From Iphione sp. A-MEVVRFRX5 (Eukaryota): 64,000 nt of DNA. A model generated the notes under the pieces. That model ran no database searches, had not been told where the DNA came from, and saw only the letters and a list, made by a program, of their open reading frames with translations. The stretch lies in contig OZ320313.1 of assembly GCA_976226885.1 (NCBI GenBank), positions 155,992,001 through 156,056,000 on the forward strand, in the 5' to 3' direction. This document shows positions 10,314 through 22,800 of the stretch, piece by piece (the stretch's first letter is position 1; every line of letters begins with the position of its first letter). Position numbers and translations under genes: made by a program.

Positions 10314-13300
10314 TCACAAACAGTGACTTACTTGGTTATATCCTTCACATACTGTTGGGTGAATAGCAGACTCAGCATTCCAAATTATGATTAATTGTAT
10401 GCTAAGCACTGTGATTTAGGTAGAGATCCTGTGCCACGTATATGTACAACTTACTGCGAAATGATGGTATAATCGTAGCGGTGTGGATTACCCAGTATAA
10501 TTCAGGTATTTAAAGGTATTACCAAATTGTGCGTATATCTAGAGTCTTGGAAAGCTGATAATAACGGTAATATAGTGGCAATCCGTGCTAATAGTACTGT
10601 ACTATTAAGTTAATAGCAATCCCTAAAGGTGAGGGGGTTTCCTTGTATACCTGGTATTAGATATTTATATCAAGAAACGATCCGCACTGGTATTTTTGAA
10701 CTTTCATACCTTGACGTATGGAAAGAGGTCAGAGTAAAATGAATCCATCGAACAAATTATGCATGACAAGAATACGTATAGTCAATTTTGCGTGGCATAT
10801 GTTCCTCAGAAGACTCTTTCTAATGATGCCTGTGTATTTCCTCCATAGATTAGGTAATATCACAAGGATTGTAGGTGAGAAAGGATCTTCTTGGAGAATA
10901 GTAGTCTATAAATTCTAAATACACAATTTAAGTACCTAACACATTGTATTTTTTGATATTTTATCTAAGGGTACCTTGCAATTAATTCAAAACGATGCTT
11001 TCACCTCAAATAAGAGCGTAAGTAGAGTTTCTTGCTTCTACGACAACTTTAATTTTAGATTGGATTGATGGATGAATACAGAAACGCGATTGTGACGTAC
11101 AAGAAACATTCATTTGTTTTAATAGTTAAACAACGCTATAGCCAAATAGGTCAAAGTTCACGGACAAGAAGGTCGTTTACTGCCTAAATACGTTTACATA
11201 CCTCACAGACAAGTCTTATGAACCTGGATGAGTTTCAACTATGTAGCTAGCAAGTCTTGTAAAACAGCCAAAATTTCGGTATATTATTTGGTGACTTTTT
11301 TCATATGTAACTTGGCATCCCCCTTGCCCTGCTCCCAGCAGCTGATGAAGTGAAAGATAAATACTAATGATTTTCCCCAAGGAAGAGGTACGTTTCTGAG
11401 TTAGGGAAGAATATATGGAAAGAGGATATATAGCTGCACGCAATTTGATCAGATATATGTATATTTTTATGCTATGCTTACTTACATGTATATAAAGGCC
11501 ACTTAAAACGAGAATTAACGGAGTGACGTTTATTACCATAAAACCATGTTTATATTTATTATTTTAGAAGAAATCTTCTAGTGTTATCAACACCTTCAGA
11601 CCGAGCAAGGTATAATTTCCTTCTTTCATACTTGTGAAAAGATATTCTGTAATTCGCCTCTGTATAAATCTATTGCAACTTCTTACTGCGTTGCAATGTG
11701 CTAATGATATCAACAGTACAAATAAAGAGCTTTAAGGGTTTCTTTTTCATTTCAAGTTCTTTATTTTAACTCAGTAACTTGATTTTCAAGTAATACGCAC
11801 AAGAATCAGAGTGTTTAAATATTTACAGGAAAGTGAAAAAGCCTATACAAATATAAACAGATTCAAATTGAAACATCACAGATGTGTAAGGTGATTGACA
11901 TGATTCCATGGAAAATAGAGAAAGCCGAAATTCCAGTATAAAAAATAGCCCCATGGTGTTGCCGTAATTAGAAATGTATCTGATTCAGTCGTTCACATTC
12001 TGCCGTGGTGCATATACATGTATTCATAAAATGGCAGTAACTTTTAAAACTTTCAAACAAAATCATGACTTAGTGAGGTCAGTTGGATATGTAATAATGA
12101 TGATTGATGGTTATGTTAAATACACACTATATGTTATCTAGATTCATTGTGTTATTTTTTTATGTCAGATTATGAAATGTTTCATGAAATAAAATGATTT
12201 GATGATTGAACTGCAGGAGATTTCTTACAATCGTACACTCAGAGTTATTGCACAATATAATTTTCACTATAATTTTCTATCCAATTAAGAATTACTGGGT
12301 GAATATAATTGAATTAAAATACTATATAAATAATAACGATGCCATATGTACACTGTTACCAAGACACACTGGTAAGATTAACAAATTACAATACAAGTAG
12401 GTGTAATCATGCATAATATAAAAATCACACCTTGGGGTGACATTCTTCAGGAGATGTAAACTGTTCCGTCTACAGTCAAATGCCACTTAGCAGACACACC
12501 GAAATATGGACATGGTCTGAAATCAGGACAGTCCAGAGTAGAGCTTTTTTTTATAATAACACATAGTCGCTAAACGGACATGACCTGAAATCATGACACT
12601 TTTGGCCAGAACATATGGCTATTTACACTGTGGCGTTTTACTGTAAAGCATGTATAAAATTCCAATTACATCCTGCATGTTTCTCAGTTTGAGACGATGT
12701 TGAGTTTTCTTTGGTCGTCGATATTACTCTTCAAGAAAAGTGGAAGACAGTTTACATTGATTTGGTCTGACAGAAAGCTATGACCATCAGTCTGTATGAA
12801 GGTTATTTTGATCACCACGTCTAAAAAGTTGAAGAATATTCAGAATAATCAGCATTTTAGCACCAATGAGAACCACTTATGTAACAAGGTGACAGCCTGT
12901 ACTTGGATCAGAATTCACACCGGACCGGACGGCGAATTCTGTATGCACAACAAAGTTTGTCATCACAAATGACACAGTATATAATAACGAGTCAATGTGA
13001 CTGAGCAGATTTATCAAGTCCAGTACGGACAAGTTCTCCCTAACAGTATGCATGCATGTATTTTAACATGAGAAGACAAAGATTATCGCTGAGTATTTCC
13101 CGAAATTTTAGGCTTTAAGCCAAGGAAACTTGACACTTTCGCAAAGTCACTCGTTGTGCGTGTGCAGAGTCCAGCGACATATGCATTCACAAACGCTTCA
13201 ATAGCTAGTAGTGTGTACCGCATCGCGATTTCTCGCGTGATTTGACAGCGCCGAGAGTTGCGTAGTCAGCCTCTGTCGTTCCTCTTGTGTACTGATCAGA

Positions 13301-13824
13301 GAGTCTGTAATGTATGTTATTGTGCGTCTGTGTATCTGTATGTGCGTTACGAGCTGTATAACTACGGATGGAACCCGTCTGGGATCTATCTTCGACTTGA
13401 TGCGATTCTTTGTCTTCCCCCGCCCCGACAACGACGGCGACAACTTTTCCTGCACCCGTTTCTCCCCAGCCTGGCTACTACGGCTACAAACTACTACGTC
13501 TGCAGGACAGAATGCATGTGATGAAGTTCTCGACAGATACCGACCGAGTCGTAATTAAAGCGACTGCGACGAGTCCTCCGTCCTTGATGCTCCGCGTCCC
13601 TGAGAACGTCACATGGCGAGGAGGGAATGTTTATGACGGTGTCATCATGACGTATCTTCCCAGCACGCAAACGCCGTCTTGAGGTAGCACGCCTTGTTCA
13701 GTTGACTGATCGGTGGGATACGTTGTAATAGAGAAACCCATACAGTCCTTGAGGTATGAAGTTTTTTTTTTGACATGGTTGTCGTAAAGAATACATTACC
13801 TACGTTGCATTATGTTCCTCGTGG

Positions 13825-13897
13825 TCAAACGATATTGTCATTCACGCATTTGTTACCCTGGGGTTTATAATCACCGCAACATTCGGGTCCACATGGC
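13825..13897 (-). CDS. Astacin exon 15 (last coding): MPCGPECCGDYKPQGNKCVNDNIV-stop; not in ORF track
   Basis: Acceptor aacttttcag|, phase 2 matching exon 14. PC..CC..Y...G..CV resembles the tail after TSP1 in nematode-type astacins. TGA at 13825-13827. Confidence 0.82.
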
Positions 13898-16800
13898 CTG
13901 AAAAGTTAACAGATGCAAAACGTATAAGTAACACTTCTGTTCTATACTGAGAAGCTCAACAAACGAAATAAGGCCTAATAAAAAAAGTTCTGTGTTTCCG
14001 GTAACCTGACCAACCCCCATTTTGCTCCCAATGGAATTTTTTATTTTGTTTTCGTTTTGTGAATATCTCTGGAGTAAATAATGAGAGAAACATACACTAT
14101 ACACCAACTTGTTCTTTGGGTTACTAGCTTTCATTTGGTATAAGTTCCATTAACACCCAAGCACTGGTAATACTACATACAGTTGTTGGTTTAAAGCGCC
14201 GTTGACAGTGGAAAAAATATGATTTAAAAAAAAATGCCACCTGTCGACCTACCCTCTAATTTTCAGCCTGTTACCGGAAACAGAACATTTTTGCACTTAA
14301 GTATCCGCTATAGAACCGATGCATATAGGTCTATTCTAAGGCGCTGTTCACATACGTCCTGACATAAAATCTGTCCCCGGACACGGACATGGAGGATACC
14401 CCCAACAGAGATCATTGTTAAATGCTTCCTCATGGTCCCCACATGTATTTTACTATAGGCTCCTGTGGAATCCGCGTCCACGTCTGGAGAAAACCCATCC
14501 CAGATGGTTTGACATCTGCACCCATGTCCATGTCCGGAAATATCTGTATGTACGTGAATGCCTATAGTAGTAAAGGCAGGCTGGAAAAAATCTCTCTTCG
14601 TGTCTGGGTGCAGAACGGAAAAATCAGGATGTATGTGAAGAGGCCATAACAATAAATCTGTTTTGATAAAATGAGTACATAACTGTAGATATAATATCTT
14701 CTATATGCATGTAGGTTTCTTTTTGTCTGCATGTCACGAGATCCAGACAGTCAACATCCAAACAAAATTAAACAACCATCTAGTGCTTATGATCTACAGC
14801 ATGGATATGACCATAAATCAATAACTAAAGGTTATCTATTAATCATTTATCTATCTATCCATCTATGAATCTACTATACGGAACATTTATCTATCTAATA
14901 TATGGACTATCAACTTACATATAATATACACGAGCAATGTATCTCAGACACCATTCTTGACATTTTTTTTCGTTACACGGCGCTTCGCGAACTGCCAGCC
15001 TGCAAAATATTGACAGTTATGTATTTCTATGCAATTTATCAAAATGAAAACTGTTTAAATTCGAGTTTGTATTATCTGACGAATGACACCGTTCGTCGTC
15101 TACATTAATCTCTGGACGTCAGAAGTTATAATAAGAAAACTTTAAAACGCTTGTTAAAAAGGCTTGTAACTTTTGGCACAGTCTACGAGGATGTAAATAA
15201 AGGCTCAAGAAAGTTTACTTAGAAAAGTAAATCTGTCAAAAAAAAAACTCTACTCGGAGAATGAAGGTGCCCATAACTCACTCTTGTTGGTAACCGTCAG
15301 ACCTGGTGCAGACATAACGCCACCGCTCTCGACCACAGCCGCCGCAAGGTTTGGAACAGTTCGACACCTTCTCCCACATACAAGTTTGTCTTTGGTAGCG
15401 ACGGCCAGAGTTGCGCGAAGCGGGTTGCCCTCTTCCTGCAGCTGGTGCTGGGGTACGCCTTGTGGTTGTAGTCGTTGGTCTGGGTGTTGTCGTCGTGGTC
15501 GTTGTTCTTGGTGTTGTTCTGCGTGTCGTAGTTGTGGTTGGCCTGGGAGTTGTGGTTGTTGTAGTTGGTGGTGTCGTTGTTGTCCTTGTGGTTGCTCTTG
15601 TTGTTGTTGTTGTTGTTGTTGTTGGTGTTGTTGTTGTAGTAGTTCTTCGGGTGGTAGTTGTAGTTGGTCTGGTTGTTGTTATAGTCGTGGTGCGTAGGGT
15701 CGTGGATGGCCAGGTTGTGGCAATTTCTTGATTACGGCCAGATCCTGAGTTCTGACGGTTAATACCTCCACGGGCTATATTAATAGAATAACACGTAATA
15801 AAGATAAAGATAAACCTGGAATTGATGATATGGTGGTCGCGGCAGAATTTCCACCGTACATGGTTCTGAGCCTAGGATTACCAGTAAGTAAATTATAATG
15901 GAAAGGTTTCAGTGTTTTTGGTTTTAGTACATATAAAACGTTCGCTGTTACCATATAGTTAGATTCTATTGTTAAGGTTAAGGAATGCTTATAGTTCTGA
16001 TTTGGGACTGACCTAGCTGCTTGATCCGGTCCATGATGAGCAGAACGGCCGAGTGATTGAAGAGCTGCTCCTGCCTGAGCATGAAGACATTGTCAGACGC
16101 TCCGGTGAGCACCTCCATGGTGGCTCGGTTCACCCGCGGGCCAACCCCGATGGCGACGATGTGAATACCCGCTTCGCGAGCCTGCATGGCGCCCTGCACG
16201 ATGATGCCCTGAGGAAAATTCTGCGGGAAGTTGGAGTCGGTGACGATGACAGCGACGTCCGGCACATCGGCGCGGTTCCTCCGGGAGTCGCGCAGCATGT
16301 CGTGCTGTAGCAACCAGAGGGCTTTGTAAGGGTTGGCCTCGAAGGCCTGCAACAGCACCCCCTGGAGGGCGTCGCGGATGTTCTCGCTGGAGCGGGTAGC
16401 GCCAAGTTGGACGGTGACGTTAGCGTACTTGTTGTAGCTGATGATCCCCACCCGGTCTCGGTCGCTTGCCAGCTGGGCCCGCTCGATGAGCGCCTGGACG
16501 AACCAGGTGTAGCTGCTCCAAGGCTTGCGCTCACGTGAGCTCACGCTGCTGTCGAGCAGGACCACCAAGTCCATGCTATCCTCGTTGGAGCTGCGGTCCC
16601 TCGGTGGAGACGGTGGGGACGCTGTACACGGGGCAGGCCGAGGAGGGTGCGGGGTCGGCCTGGGGGAGGGCGTAGGAGGGTCGGGTCGAGAGGTGATCGG
16701 CTGCACCTGTCTACTGTCACAGTACGGACCGTAGTAACCGGAGCGACATTCACATACTTGCGTCACAGGAGAAGACTGCCAGCAAAATGCGCCGTTATGG

Positions 16801-19800
16801 CAAGGATTGGTTGGGCAGGCTTGTTTAACTGTAAAGAAAAAAAAAGGTGCAAAAAGCTCTGAAAGGAGCATGGGTATGGAGAAATAAATGGCATCACTAG
16901 ACAGACGTCTAATTAATGTTAGATAGATATGATCAGGAAAATATTCCTTTCAAATCTATTTTTACCACACGTTTTACTTCAGTATTTACCATACGTTCCA
17001 TCAAACCCGCGATCAATGTTCTTAATATCACCTGTAATCACTTGCATTTACTACAGAAACAGGCAAACTAGTGCAGTACTATTTTGATTTGATGACTTAT
17101 ATAAAAATGTAGATGAGAAGAGGGTCAAAGTAGGGAAAAGGTAACGTAAAATTCTTTATACAATGCAAACATACCAGCAGAATAATGAAACTTGAATCCT
17201 CGTCTGTTGTTGCGCAGACTTGTTCGTGCAGTTGACTTGAAAACGACAAGCATGTCGGCCCCATCCGACAGGAATGTTTCAGTGGGAGTGCTGCGACAGC
17301 ACAACCTGTCGAATAACAACATTTCGTATACAATGTAGTCTTGCATAGCACTAAGGGCGAGCAGGGGACGATTATAATGACCCACTTTCAAACTTAAACT
17401 ACAAAGACGTAGATAACCAGAAAATAGAAAAAAAAGTTTTTTTTTTCAGTCTGACAGGAAAAAACCTGCATTACACACCCATTAAATTTCGAGAACATGA
17501 TCGGGGAAGGAAATAACCGTAAACTATAGCGTGTATTTATCTGTTCAGGGCCCTGCCTAGACAGGCGAGCCATGGCATGGTTATTCTCATACCAAAGCTG
17601 ACATAAACCGAAACGGGTGACTCCACAAAGGGTGCGCCAAAGAAAGGCAGGAATTTGACTCGCGACACAGAGGGGCAGGTGTGCCCCCAGCAGGCTCACC
17701 TTGGGCCCGTCCTCCCCAGATCCCCGTTGTGGCGAACTTCGACCCAGTGGCGACATCTGTTGGAAAAGCAGTACAGTCCGAACTGTCCAGTGAACCAGAG
17801 TTTGACCCTGTATCCTTGCTGCGCCTGATGGGGGAGAGCCAGAGGTACATGGCATTAGTGATTAATTTTGCTAACGTGTTACCCTGAAAGGTATTCGTGA
17901 TGGCCGCTATCATGCATCTATCATTATTTATAGATCTACAATGAAAATGACTACCATTGTCAAGCCGCTGGGTAATTTACACTACGGCTTTGGAATGTGA
18001 GGCCCACTGTCCGAACCTTCACCTGACAAATACTAATGTGCCTCAGGCTACGTTATTGTATTTTTTTAAGTAGAGTTATCTATCTCGATGGAACACAATA
18101 GAAGACAGGGAAAAGACGTTCTACTATCTCTGCATTACCTGGTTATACAAATGCAGTAGAACTCAAGGAGGAAAGTGTTACATGGAAACTTAAGTACGCA
18201 TACTGTTTGTATACTGAAAAAAGGAACCAAGTGGCGAGATTCCCCTCAAACGTTATGATTTATCTTAATATAGGCACATAGGGGGTATTAACATAAATGT
18301 TATGTCTGAGATACAGGTGTGTTTGATTTAAAAACACCTCCATAGATCTAGAAGTGCACACAACATATGCACAGTGTAGACTTACAGTGATCTTCCAGCT
18401 GCATTCTGTGCCAATGTCATAGTATCCCCGGTTGTACTCTGGAGAACTAACCAGGCCAGGCGGTCCCTGACCTTCAGGCTGGGCTGTAAGGGCACCTCCA
18501 CAAACGTCTAAAAATGGATAAATTTACAGTGAATGAATTCAGATATCTACAGTATGTACAGTAAAAATACATTTTAAGCCAAATTATATGGGAGAAACAT
18601 ATAGTTACATTGTATTTCCAACCCTCCTATGAGAGCTCAGCTTTAGGCAGGGACCGAAACTGACCTATTCCGGGCCCGGTCTTATTATTCAAGGGATTCG
18701 ACTGTGCTTTTATCAAATTCTAAATATCCTCCATTATTGCAAATAGGAGCATTGAAACACATTTATATTACACTAATTCATAGTCTGAATGCGTGCAGAT
18801 GAATGATGTGATCTATGATACATGAATGAATACGTGGAGATATTGTCTTGTGCAGTTTACTATGCAGTGGGTCATGGAAGAACAACAAATATTGTCGGCA
18901 ACGTACTATTGACTACCACGTCCTCACAGAAACGACCTCCCAGACCATCTGGACATCTACAGCGACTGCAGTCCTTCGGGTCCTGATAACCCCTGTTCGC
19001 ACAGGACCTAGGCAAAGGTCTCGTCCGACATCGGCCTGTAATGTATACAATGAAGTGTGTTATTATGCATAGAGACACAATAAAGCCCCCCAAACTGAAC
19101 ATACTTGTTTTTCTTACTACACGCATGTTACGTATACGTCATAAATGTACATGAATGGATGGTCCACTTAATACTACACATACATAAAGAACACCGATGG
19201 AAGAAAACGGGACAAATGACATGCCAGACGTGGTTTCTTTCGGTTTTTCAAAGAGAAGCGATTTAAGACTTGTTCGTTATTCACAAAGCAATCAACATGA
19301 AATATTCCTCAAGGAAAACAATGCTTTGACATGAGACGCGCCAGAATTTTCTTGCTCAATTTTGTTAAAACGAAGTGTTATGTCAGATTCAGACAAAGGA
19401 AACATTGATAAATCTTGGCAGTGTTGTCGTCATTGAAAAAAAAACGAGATCTACTGGAGTATGTAAGGAGGGAATTAAAGAGTGCAAAGGTGGAAACCTA
19501 TAATCATAGCCATCCCATAATGCAATACCCGACTAAAAGCAAAGGGACAATTACTGTATAGGTGTAAAGGCAGCGGTGAACTAGGCCATGGTAAATTTGT
19601 ACAACGTCCTGGGACCTTGTGTAACTTGCTAATATCCCACAGTGTGATCAACTTTAAAGATAGTCCCTTCGCGTTCTTGTTCCTTATAATAGAGTCCGTT
19701 TGATCGTAGCGTAAAGACTACAGCCTTGAATTTTCACCTCTTAAATTGCAGATGGAGATACAAAGGTAACGGCCTAGAGGAGGTATTTTGTCGACGAGTT

Positions 19801-22800
19801 CCTTGCTCTGGTTAATTTGAGTCAGCCATACCGGTATTTTGTGACCGAAATAAGATGCATAAAGGAATATTAGAGCCAGTTCCTTCCTGATATGCTTTAA
19901 ACGCTCGTCACATCGACCGAAATTCCCTGTCTTTTGATACCAGGCTCAGACTTTACACAGTGAGTCATACGGCCTAAGAAAGTCTTCACACAGCTACAGA
20001 CACATGCGTGGGCAACTCTATGTCTAAAATAACAAAAATATGTCTAAAATAACAAAAGTATATCTATTTTGATTCTAGTGTACTGTTATGCTTGGACATA
20101 TTTATTGTACGGATGGACTAGCATATTCCATTTTACTCTCTGTTTCTTAGAATTTAAATCTAGCCATTTCGACACTCCAGGAATATCTGGGGCGTATTGT
20201 ACGTGTCATCCAGGAGACTATATATAGTGTTTTCATTGCAGCACGTCATCCAATCTATACGTCGCCTTTTACACCTGTGCCATAGTCCTTAAACAGTGCT
20301 CTGTACTATGCCCAGTTTCTACATCGCCCCCAAAGCCACTCTTAAAAACACATGGTCATTTAATAAAACATTCAGCGTCCGTTTTAAGCAGCTGCGGGTT
20401 TAGAAAACTGTATAGACTTCAATGAGTATAATATGTATTCCTAAGATCGGCTCCGGCTCTCCTTCACCTTAATTAATATGGTGAATATATTATGGAAATA
20501 CCCGTAGAGTTAATTATGGTGATGTATATCATTCAGCTGTTTCATTCACCAAAACGCCAGGCCTCAATACTTTTTGCCCACTTACTTTAGTAGTTTCCTT
20601 GTCATTAGCACTTCTTTGGTGTGAAGTGCACTAGTTTTTAGAGAAATTAATTTGGGAAAATATAAATCACTATCAATGAGATAAGAAACAATACTCATTA
20701 TAGTTGGGAAAAATCAAGAGCTCATATACACTCACTAGTACAGTAAGCTAGATTGATGATCTTCATATCAGCAAATGAAAGTTCCACTCTCTGTCCAATC
20801 GTGCGCTGGTAGCGAGAATCTGCGGTCTCTACTGTGGGACGACCATTAACGGAGAAGGCCTGCAAAGAAGGAGACACTCATGTAATATATGCATCCATTT
20901 TTCTTGCATACTAATTTAGATTTATTTGCCTTGAGAGAACCTCTGTTCATCCTGTAGTTCAAAGGCATTGGTCAAATTGGTTTAGGTATGATTGCGTGCC
21001 TATGTGTAATCATATTTCTATGTGTGACCAGGGTTTTTTCATATTACATGTGACGCCATTTAAACAGGTCAGCTATTTTATAGTAAGGTATTATAACAAT
21101 TCATTTTCAATATTTCAATCCCTTTTAGGTTACAGATGTATAGGAGGCTTTCACGCTGCGGATAGAAGCTAGAGACGTTCACGTTGCGGATACAAGCTAG
21201 ACTTTGCAACCAACCCTCTAGTAGTGCGATCCATCCATAATACGAACACTTTTGAAAAGAACAAATACAGATCTGCTACACCGTAACATGTTCAATAACT
21301 TTAAAAAATCCCTTCATGTCATATTACCGCATGTCTGACGCATAAAATATGTGTATTCTTTTAGTTCGGAAATGCACTGATAGATTCAAAATCCGCTTCC
21401 TCATCATCTCATAGTACACGATTTTCTATCAACTCACCTGACACACAGAGCGTTTGCTAAAAAATACGTATAAAAAGACCACAGAAACTTTAACTGATCT
21501 AAAATCCGAACGTCATACCGGTAAATGTTGCGGAAGCCTGACAGGAATACGAACTCATCTATGATCGACATACCAACCCAAAAGAATATTCTACTATATT
21601 CTGAGTTGTTTTTTCCATGTTTTTTCCCAACAGCCACGTCTGACACATATGTAGATAGGCCAAAAAGCTACACAGTAATGATGATTCAATTTTTTTGCCA
21701 GATATACATCACAAAACTACGAGGAAGGATAAAGAATTGAACCAATCCGACAAGTAATTGTTTGACATCAAATTGACTCATATTTAGAATGCCTTTCTAA
21801 ACAGACCTTCAAACTTTCACCCTCCAAACTCAAACAACCATATTCACTATTTAGAACTGTCATTTCATGCGGACATAGTGTAGTTGATGACCTGGTCGAA
21901 ATGGTGATAAAAATGTATCTGTATCCAGTTAATGCACTGCTCGATAGAAAATCCTGATATGCCTTCCATTCTTCCCTCTTTCAACAATCAGTACATAAAG
22001 TACAAAATGTGATCAAGGTCACTAGGCCACTGTACCTGGAGATACAGCGTATAGAAATTCTGACGACGAATTACTACTTAAACGACTATTAGAGCTTAAT
22101 AACCTTTAATAGACTATAAAAATCTATTAAGTGTTGTATTCGCACAGTAGAAGGTTGACGCTTCATGGCAATGACATCATAAAGAATCGTAAAGAAAACG
22201 TCAGAATCCTGATATTGTCATCGCTTAACATGAGGTCATACGGAGTTTCTAGTAGCTGACAAATATTTATAACCCCAGTCTAATTATCACATGCACTATT
22301 CTAATTAGCCTCGACTGTATATTGGAGAGTAAAAATTGACGTACCAAAGGAAAGGTAATACATCTACGTGCAAACCAGGTAGTTTCTTTTGTTCGCTTTA
22401 TGGAAATAGAACAAACGCGAGAGGAATGGGCGTTGTTTTCCAGTGAAAAGCTAATAAGTTTCTTTGTACCTAGGGCCTGAAGGAAACTCTTCTGAAGAAA
22501 GTCCCTTTGTCCACTGGCCTCTTTGATCGCCGACAACACTCGTGCCCCGGTCGGTTATCTGGAGTTGCCCTCCCACTCGTCTTCAACATTCATAAAATCA
22601 ACAGACATCCCAGGCGCTTTCAGCGATCCAGTCTCGACCACACCATAAATCACGCCCCACCATTGATGGCAGACGAAATCCGCTTAGGATTTAAGAAAAC
22701 GCCTTTAGATGGCTCTCTACCAATCCACAGGGCACCGGGGTAAAGGTCATAGGGAGCAGGGGTCACAGCAATAAAGAGATCGGAGACCCACTAAATAGGA

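Noticed and set aside
14308-14652. Candidate astacin exon(s), including a Cys-rich frame CGDHEEAFNNDLCWGYPPCPCPG
   Set aside because: No acceptor/donor pair gives a phase 2-2 open exon, and exon 14 joins 13897 cleanly. An alternative last exon is not fully excluded.
15284-15731. Plus-strand poly-Cys (keratin-associated-like) and poly-Val ORFs
   Set aside because: Antisense shadows of the Thr-rich astacin exon, which has proper splice sites on the minus strand.
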